Shown here piece after piece: positions 58,939-64,000 of a stretch of 64,000 nucleotides of DNA. Under the pieces are notes generated by a model. The model saw nothing but the letters and a program-made list of their open reading frames with translations. It did no database searches and was not told the DNA's origin. Made by a program: the position numbers and the translations under genes. Position 1 is the stretch's first letter. Each line of letters opens with the position of its first letter. Source of the DNA: Candidatus Eiseniibacteriota bacterium (GTDB lineage Bacteria > Eisenbacteria > RBG-16-71-46); the NCBI GenBank assembly GCA_963744995.1, contig CAVUWA010000004.1, forward strand, positions 387,970-451,969, written 5' to 3'.

Positions 58939-61320
58939 GTGGCATTTGGTAATGGCTCCGGCGGCGACCTCCCAGAGGGTACGATTGACCTGCTGGCGCG
59001 TTTTCGTGTAGAAAAGGAAAAGAGCAAGGAAGCGCTGCAAGAGGTAACGCGCTTCAAGCAGGAATTCAAGTCCTTTGCTGATGAAGTCGCTGCTTCAGAT
59101 CGGGTGCTGCTGAGGCAGGTTGCCACCCTACAAAAGGAACAGGCGGCGGCAGCCAAAGCAGCCAAACAAAGCGGCAGCCTGGCGGACTCAGAAAAACGCG
59201 CGCGCTCAGAGATTGAGCAAACGACCCAGGCCATTGAGCGGCGCAATAAGGCCGCTTCTAGTGGTGGCTCTGCCCTATCCGCCATTGGGCAGCAAGTGCG
59301 CGCCCTGCCTTCATTACAAATCCCTGGCACCTCCCTCAGCACTGATGCTATCGGCTCGATTGCACGCGCTCTAGGCAGCCTATCCAGTCCTGAAGGTGGG
59401 CTGCCCAGCCTGGCTCAGACCCTGGATTTAGTCAAGAAAAAGGTCCCAGAAGTCGTTAACGCCATCGGGGTTGGGCCGCTGGCCTTAGTCGGCGGTCTGG
59501 GCGCGCTGAGCCTGGCCCTGCAACTGCTGCAATCCCGTGCTACCGCAGCAACTGAAGAAATCCAGCGCGAGATTGATGTCGCCAAAGCCTTTAATGAGCA
59601 GCGTACCAGCGGCACGCTCGACTCCATCACCGGCGATATTCAAACCGATCAAGAGCGCCTGGCGAAGTTAGGCGCAGACCTCGAAACGGCCCGGCAAGCC
59701 TATGCTCTAACCATTCAGGAAGTCCTCAAGAATCCCCCGGCCAAAATTACGGTCGGCGCCATTCAAGACGCGCTAAATCTGGATACACCGTTACATCGGA
59801 CGAAACTGGCCCTGGATGCTGCGCAGAAGGCTTACGATTCGGCGTCTGCCGCCATTGAGCTTGAAACCGGTCTGCTGAATGATGAAGGGGTGATTCGCAA
59901 TTCCATCAGTGAATTGCAGGACAAATACAATAAGCAGTTGGATGCTTCGGCACCCAAACTGGCCCAACTGAATGCCCAGCAGCAGCAGCTCATTGACAGT
60001 TTTGAAGAGCAGACGCGCCAGCGGCAGCAGGACGCTGCCTTACAGAGACGCTTCCAAACCGAAGACCGGCAATTAGCCGATGAGAAAAGCGCTCAGCAGC
60101 ATCAGGCCACCCTGGCCGATATTTACAAGACCGGCCAGGAGCGCATCGCCGGGATCGTAGCCGATGGCAACGCCAGTCTGGTGGATCTACAATCTAAACT
60201 GGCTGATACCCTGGGTAAGATCGCCGGGGATGCTCAGCAGTCTATCGCTGATGAAACCGACAAGTTCCGCAATGACGAACTTGAAAACGGGCGTAAATTC
60301 CGCAAGGCTGAGGACCGGGTCAACGCACAATATCTGAAAGAGCGCATTCGTCGAACACAAGATAATGCTCAGGCGTTGTTCGATGCGGAATTACAGAACG
60401 ATACCGCCGCTTTCATCCAGGCCAAACAGCGCGCCCGCACCGAAGAACAGCGCGCTCAGCAGGATTTTGAAGACGCCAAGCAGCAGCGCCTGCAAGATTT
60501 CAATGACGAGCGCCAGCAGCGCCAACAAGCCAAGAATGAACGCATCGCTGACATCCAGGCAGAAGCCGCCGAGAAGGCGCGCACCGCCCAGGAGGAATTT
60601 GCCAAAGAGAACACCGCGCTCAGGGCAAAGACCGCCGACGCGATTGCTCAGGAGAATGCTGCGATAGATGAGCGGGTGAAAAAAGAGGTCGCTGCCTACA
60701 ACAAATCAGTAGACGAAGAGATTGCCGCACGGGAACGCGCCGACGCCCGCGCAGCTATCCTGGATGGCATTCAGGAACAGCGGCGTCAGGATGCCCACAA
60801 CGCCTCGTTGGCGCAAATTGAGGAACGCAAGCAGGCCGAGCAGGGCTTAGCCAATACCATCCTGGCCCAGATCAACACCCTTCAGGCACGTATCAATAAC
60901 ATCAGCTACCCTCAACCGCCCAGGTCGTTGTCGAGCCTGGGTTATGGTGGGCTGGGCGTGGCCGGGTATCCGATGGCGAGTAACTTCCTATCGAGCTTCC
61001 CCGGCACGAGCAGCGGCTCCGGCGGTTTGCAGGGCGGGCTGCGCGCTTTCGCCCAAAGCGGCGTGGTCGATAAGCCGACCCTGGCCCTGATGGGTGAGCG
61101 GCCAGGGTATAAGGATGTGATCCTATCTGCGCCGAGTAATGAAAGCATGGCGCAGACCCTGGCTCGACATGGGGCTGGCCCGGCAGTCGTGTTCAATCAT
61201 TATGGCGATATTCGCACTGATGACCAGATGACACGCGGAGAGTTCAAAACCGAGATGACCACTATCCTGACTGAGATCATGGAAGGTAACGCTGCCGCAC
61301 GCTACGGGAGACTGCCGTGA
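58939..61320 (+). CDS. Tape measure protein
   Basis: 793 aa, Ala/Gln/Glu-rich coiled coil, hydrophobic patch, C-terminal AFAQSGVVDKPTLALMGE motif. Confidence 0.85.
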   Translation: MAFGNGSGGDLPEGTIDLLARFRVEKEKSKEALQEVTRFKQEFKSFADEVAASDRVLLRQVATLQKEQAAAAKAAKQSGSLADSEKRARSEIEQTTQAIERRNKAASSGGSALSAIGQQVRALPSLQIPGTSLSTDAIGSIARALGSLSSPEGGLPSLAQTLDLVKKKVPEVVNAIGVGPLALVGGLGALSLALQLLQSRATAATEEIQREIDVAKAFNEQRTSGTLDSITGDIQTDQERLAKLGADLETARQAYALTIQEVLKNPPAKITVGAIQDALNLDTPLHRTKLALDAAQKAYDSASAAIELETGLLNDEGVIRNSISELQDKYNKQLDASAPKLAQLNAQQQQLIDSFEEQTRQRQQDAALQRRFQTEDRQLADEKSAQQHQATLADIYKTGQERIAGIVADGNASLVDLQSKLADTLGKIAGDAQQSIADETDKFRNDELENGRKFRKAEDRVNAQYLKERIRRTQDNAQALFDAELQNDTAAFIQAKQRARTEEQRAQQDFEDAKQQRLQDFNDERQQRQQAKNERIADIQAEAAEKARTAQEEFAKENTALRAKTADAIAQENAAIDERVKKEVAAYNKSVDEEIAARERADARAAILDGIQEQRRQDAHNASLAQIEERKQAEQGLANTILAQINTLQARINNISYPQPPRSLSSLGYGGLGVAGYPMASNFLSSFPGTSSGSGGLQGGLRAFAQSGVVDKPTLALMGERPGYKDVILSAPSNESMAQTLARHGAGPAVVFNHYGDIRTDDQMTRGEFKTEMTTILTEIMEGNAAARYGRLP

Positions 61321-61823
61321 CCCTCTCACACCGCATTCGCGCCGGGACCTATACCGCCGCCGAAATGACTTCCACTTATGCCGTGAAAAGCTGGCCGGTT
61401 CAGTCCGATCAGACGCGCCGCTGGGTGGATCCGGTGTCACCTTCAGGCCGCGTCTCGGAGTATGATGCCGTGACCGATGGCGGACTGACCGGCAATCGCA
61501 AGGCCATCGGCAAGATAAACTTTTCGGATGTCTTCGGCTTCGTCACGCCGCTGCAAGCCCAATACATTCGGGCTACTCTGTTCCCAACCGACGGCCTGAA
61601 TGAGACCGTGACCGTCGTGCATTGGGATGATACCTTCGGCTGGCAGTGTGTGAATTGCACCGCGCACTGGAACGACCCGGCCAGGATTGCCGACGCCTTT
61701 CCCGGAGTGAAGGGCCAGCGTAATCTGCGCATAGATTACACCGATGGGGATGTAGCCGACAGCGGTGGCGCTTTCAGCAATGCATTCAGCAGCGCGTTTG
61801 ATATTGGAGGGATTCCCAGCTAA
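61317..61823 (+). CDS. Putative distal tail protein
   Basis: Directly after the tape measure gene, GTGA overlap. Confidence 0.5.
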   Translation: MTLSHRIRAGTYTAAEMTSTYAVKSWPVQSDQTRRWVDPVSPSGRVSEYDAVTDGGLTGNRKAIGKINFSDVFGFVTPLQAQYIRATLFPTDGLNETVTVVHWDDTFGWQCVNCTAHWNDPARIADAFPGVKGQRNLRIDYTDGDVADSGGAFSNAFSSAFDIGGIPS

Positions 61824-62230
61824 TGGCTGACACACAACGCACTTTAAGCGCGCTGGTCGCACTGCTGGCCGATAATACCGCTCAGGACATTTCGGCTCAG
61901 GACTTGCGCGACTTTCTGGTCTCGGCACTTATTGGCCGGGTAACGACCTACACCGCCAGCGCGCCGACGCTCAGTACCGACGATTTCATTCTGATCCTGG
62001 ATGGCACCAGCAATACCGTGACGGTAGACCTGGGCGACCCGGCAGACTTCACCCATCATCTGTTCATAGCCAAAGCCGTCAATATCGACAATGCAGTGGC
62101 GCTCGACCCCGGCGCGTTTGATTTCGAAGGCGCGACGGATGATTATGTATTTACTACTGCCCTGGATGTAGTGATCTTTTGCAGCGACGGTTCGGCGTGG
62201 TGGAAGTTACCCGAACTACTGAATGCCTAA
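61823..62230 (+). CDS. Phage tail-associated hypothetical protein
   Basis: TAATG coupling; LADNTAQDISAQDLRD. Confidence 0.6.
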   Translation: MADTQRTLSALVALLADNTAQDISAQDLRDFLVSALIGRVTTYTASAPTLSTDDFILILDGTSNTVTVDLGDPADFTHHLFIAKAVNIDNAVALDPGAFDFEGATDDYVFTTALDVVIFCSDGSAWWKLPELLNA

Positions 62231-62233
62231 ATA

Positions 62234-62242
62234 TGGTATAAT
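62234..62242 (+). promoter_or_regulatory. Extended -10 promoter (TGnTATAAT)
   Basis: TGGTATAAT 4 nt after the tail gene stop. Confidence 0.6.
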
Positions 62243-62302
62243 CGGGTATCGTAAAAACACCCCAGCACAGGCCGGGGCGGGTAGGCTGTGAAGGAGCCGA
62301 CC

Positions 62303-62611
62303 ATGCAAGATGATACCACACGTTTCACTCCCCTGACCAAGTCCGTGCTCAAGGCGATTGATTGCATTCCTAGCAACTCAGGGTGGCAGTACAGTCACGC
62401 CCGCGAGGTCTTTATTGAGGCTGTTGTGGATTTAATCACCACAGACCGTGCCGACCCGGAGGATGGGTCTTCAATAGAGGCCATGCGCAATATCTTTCGC
62501 GCCGTCGCCAGCGAACTCGCCCCTGAAGGTCACTGGGAACGCGAATGGAGCCACATGCAGTGGGCACCTTGCGCGGGATCATCTGACCATGACAGACCTG
62601 AAAACTGGTAG
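62303..62611 (+). CDS. Hypothetical protein (moron-like cassette)
   Basis: AAGGAG RBS, 102 aa. Confidence 0.55.
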   Translation: MQDDTTRFTPLTKSVLKAIDCIPSNSGWQYSHAREVFIEAVVDLITTDRADPEDGSSIEAMRNIFRAVASELAPEGHWEREWSHMQWAPCAGSSDHDRPENW

Positions 62612-62621
62612 GGGATGAACG

Positions 62622-62858
62622 ATGATTAAAAGCACCGTCACACTGACACCAGAAGCCAGACGTCTCCTTGATAGCGCTTTCGGGGAGAGGTTAGTACAGC
62701 AAGTCAGAGCTAAGATTGTAGACGAGTTGCTCGCTCGTGAAACCGAGTACAAAGCCGAATCCTATCTGATGGACGCAGGGATTATCGAGCCGAAGATTAC
62801 GACGCTGGCCTGGGCGAATATTTTGGCTCAACTCAGAGAAGAACGTGCTGATGGCTAA
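62622..62858 (+). CDS. Hypothetical protein (moron-like cassette)
   Basis: 78 aa, GGGG RBS-like sequence. Confidence 0.5.
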   Translation: MIKSTVTLTPEARRLLDSAFGERLVQQVRAKIVDELLARETEYKAESYLMDAGIIEPKITTLAWANILAQLREERADG

Positions 62859-63043
62859 TGAACCCGATTTCGAGTGGGCACAGGTCGCATCCTTGCCCAA
62901 ACCGCCTACTAAAGCACCGATACTCGAAGATGAGTACAGTTGGCGGAAATGGCACATACATCTGTTCCACGACGGACGGACTGTATATCACACGCAATCC
63001 CTGGGCAAAGGAACCGGAATGGATCAAGGTAAGCGATGACTGA
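62851..63043 (+). CDS. Small hypothetical protein; two overlapping frames, true frame unclear
   Basis: ATG overlaps the upstream stop; ORFs 62851-63039 and 62858-63043. Confidence 0.3.
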
Positions 63044-63296
63044 CATCGTACGGGACTGCACCAGAAGACTATTCCAAATCGGCATAGCCCGCGCTGTGTC
63101 GATTAAGCGGGCGTATTGCGCCGCGCATCAGTAAGCGCTGGCCATATGTGCGATTTTATCGATCAGCTTACGGTCCCAGGCTCGTATGATGCGACGGGAG
63201 CCACCACCACCGCAAGGAACCGTGACGTCTATTGAATATGGATAGCTGTTTACGTTATAACAGCGATCCCTCGTAGAGTGATTAGAGTACCTGTTG

Positions 63297-63305
63297 TGGT
63301 ATAAT
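63297..63305 (+). promoter_or_regulatory. Extended -10 promoter (TGnTATAAT)
   Basis: TGGTATAAT, identical to 62234-62242, in an AT-rich context. Confidence 0.6.
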
Positions 63306-63310
63306 AATAG

Positions 63311-63746
63311 GTAATCCAGCATTCGATTTGCTAGGCGGATTAATCCGGCCATCGAAATGCCGGCTTAATGCAGTCCCGGGAACACCGACAGAGATGATCG
63401 CCCGGAAGCCAGGTTCAACTCCTGGAGGCGGCTCAAGCGGTCAGGAAGTGCGCTCAACCCGTACAAGGATGGCGCGTTAAATGCCCATCACCTGACTGCA
63501 AGGTTGGATGGTTATGCCCTGCGTGTGGGGCGCGACCTGGAATACCACCCGGATGTTAACCAGCGCAACCCATGATTCTTCCCGCCCCACAGGTCTAAAT
63601 TCGTCTGCGAAACCTGTCTATCCGGGCATACGAGCAAGCGCCCGTAAGATTTAACCCTGCGGGCCTCCACAATGAAAAGCGCGTTGGCATCCTGAACATG
63701 TGGAACGGCGGTCTCAATAAAACGCCCTTTCTCCAGGGCGATTTTA
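63311..63746 (+). ncRNA. Candidate ~440-nt structured non-coding RNA with a tRNA-like T-arm
   Basis: Lies between a promoter and a terminator; no convincing ORF; multiple nested helices (see findings). Confidence 0.45.
63723..63746 (+). terminator. Intrinsic terminator
   Basis: CGCCCT-TTCTCC-AGGGCG-ATTTT, with AAAA on the 5' side. Confidence 0.55.
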
Positions 63747-63757
63747 ATTGGAGCATC

Positions 63758-64000
63758 ATGGCCCTTTCATCCGGCGATAGAACCATCATTCGCAGCCCGC
63801 ATCATAGCTGGGTAGGCGATCTGCTGACGATCAATGCCGTGCCGCTGAACATCGTCGCAACGGCGCAAATCAATGCCAGCAGCTTTGTCTATCCGGTGGC
63901 CTCGCTGGCTGTCGATAACACGTCAGCGAACTGGCTGACTGAGGGGCTGAAAGACCGGCTGGTCCTGGTCGGGACCGCGCCGGGAACCTATGATGTAGCG
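63758..64000 (+). CDS. Phage tail protein, 3'-truncated by the window edge
   Basis: GGAG RBS; MALSSGDRTIIRSPHH...VLVGTAPGTYDVA open to the end of the window. Confidence 0.6.
   Translation, partial: MALSSGDRTIIRSPHHSWVGDLLTINAVPLNIVATAQINASSFVYPVASLAVDNTSANWLTEGLKDRLVLVGTAPGTYDVA

Larger units (their letters stand above)
51050..64000 (+). mobile_element. Siphophage/prophage morphogenesis module (partial)
   Basis: Abrupt GC drop; co-oriented, tightly coupled head-neck-tail-tape-measure gene order. Confidence 0.88.

Noticed and set aside
63128..63789. Minus-strand ORFs 63128-63352 and 63595-63789
   Set aside because: Short, with no RBS; they run against the promoter/terminator orientation, and the first crosses the promoter.
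49742..64000. Treating the integrase and the phage module as one intact prophage
   Set aside because: Different base composition, truncated genes at the junction, and no portal, terminase or att repeat.

Overview
The window has two visibly different parts. Part A (1 to ~51,050) is very GC-rich bacterial chromosome. Its secreted proteins end in FlgD-Ig-like domains or a TWGxxKxLYR tail, which suggests an Eisenbacteria/Krumholzibacteriota-like diderm (inference only). It contains a ~22 kb ROK-regulated beta-1,3-glucan utilisation locus: GH16, GH17, a GH149-type phosphorylase, GH1, a GH2/GH158-like enzyme fused to a long beta-rich C-terminus, an Opp-type ABC importer, three 25-bp operators and no SusC/SusD. 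After that come a di-haem cytochrome c, a FabH-like enzyme, cspA, an S8 protease/alpha-beta-hydrolase pair, several secreted FlgD-tailed proteins, an arsenic-resistance operon with a frameshifted acr3, tRNA-Arg(CCT) with att-like features, and an in-frame Ser/Thr-kinase::tyrosine-recombinase chimera. Part B (~51,050 to 64,000) is an abruptly lower-GC siphophage morphogenesis module: head protein, protease-capsid fusion, neck, tail tube, tail chaperone with a programmed -1 frameshift, and tape measure. Its tail region is interrupted by a self-promoted cassette containing a ~440-nt, highly base-paired, ORF-poor transcription unit with a tRNA-like T-arm, a candidate novel phage ncRNA. The A/B junction may be an assembly or concatenation artefact. 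All family calls come from motif recognition by eye; no searches were run.
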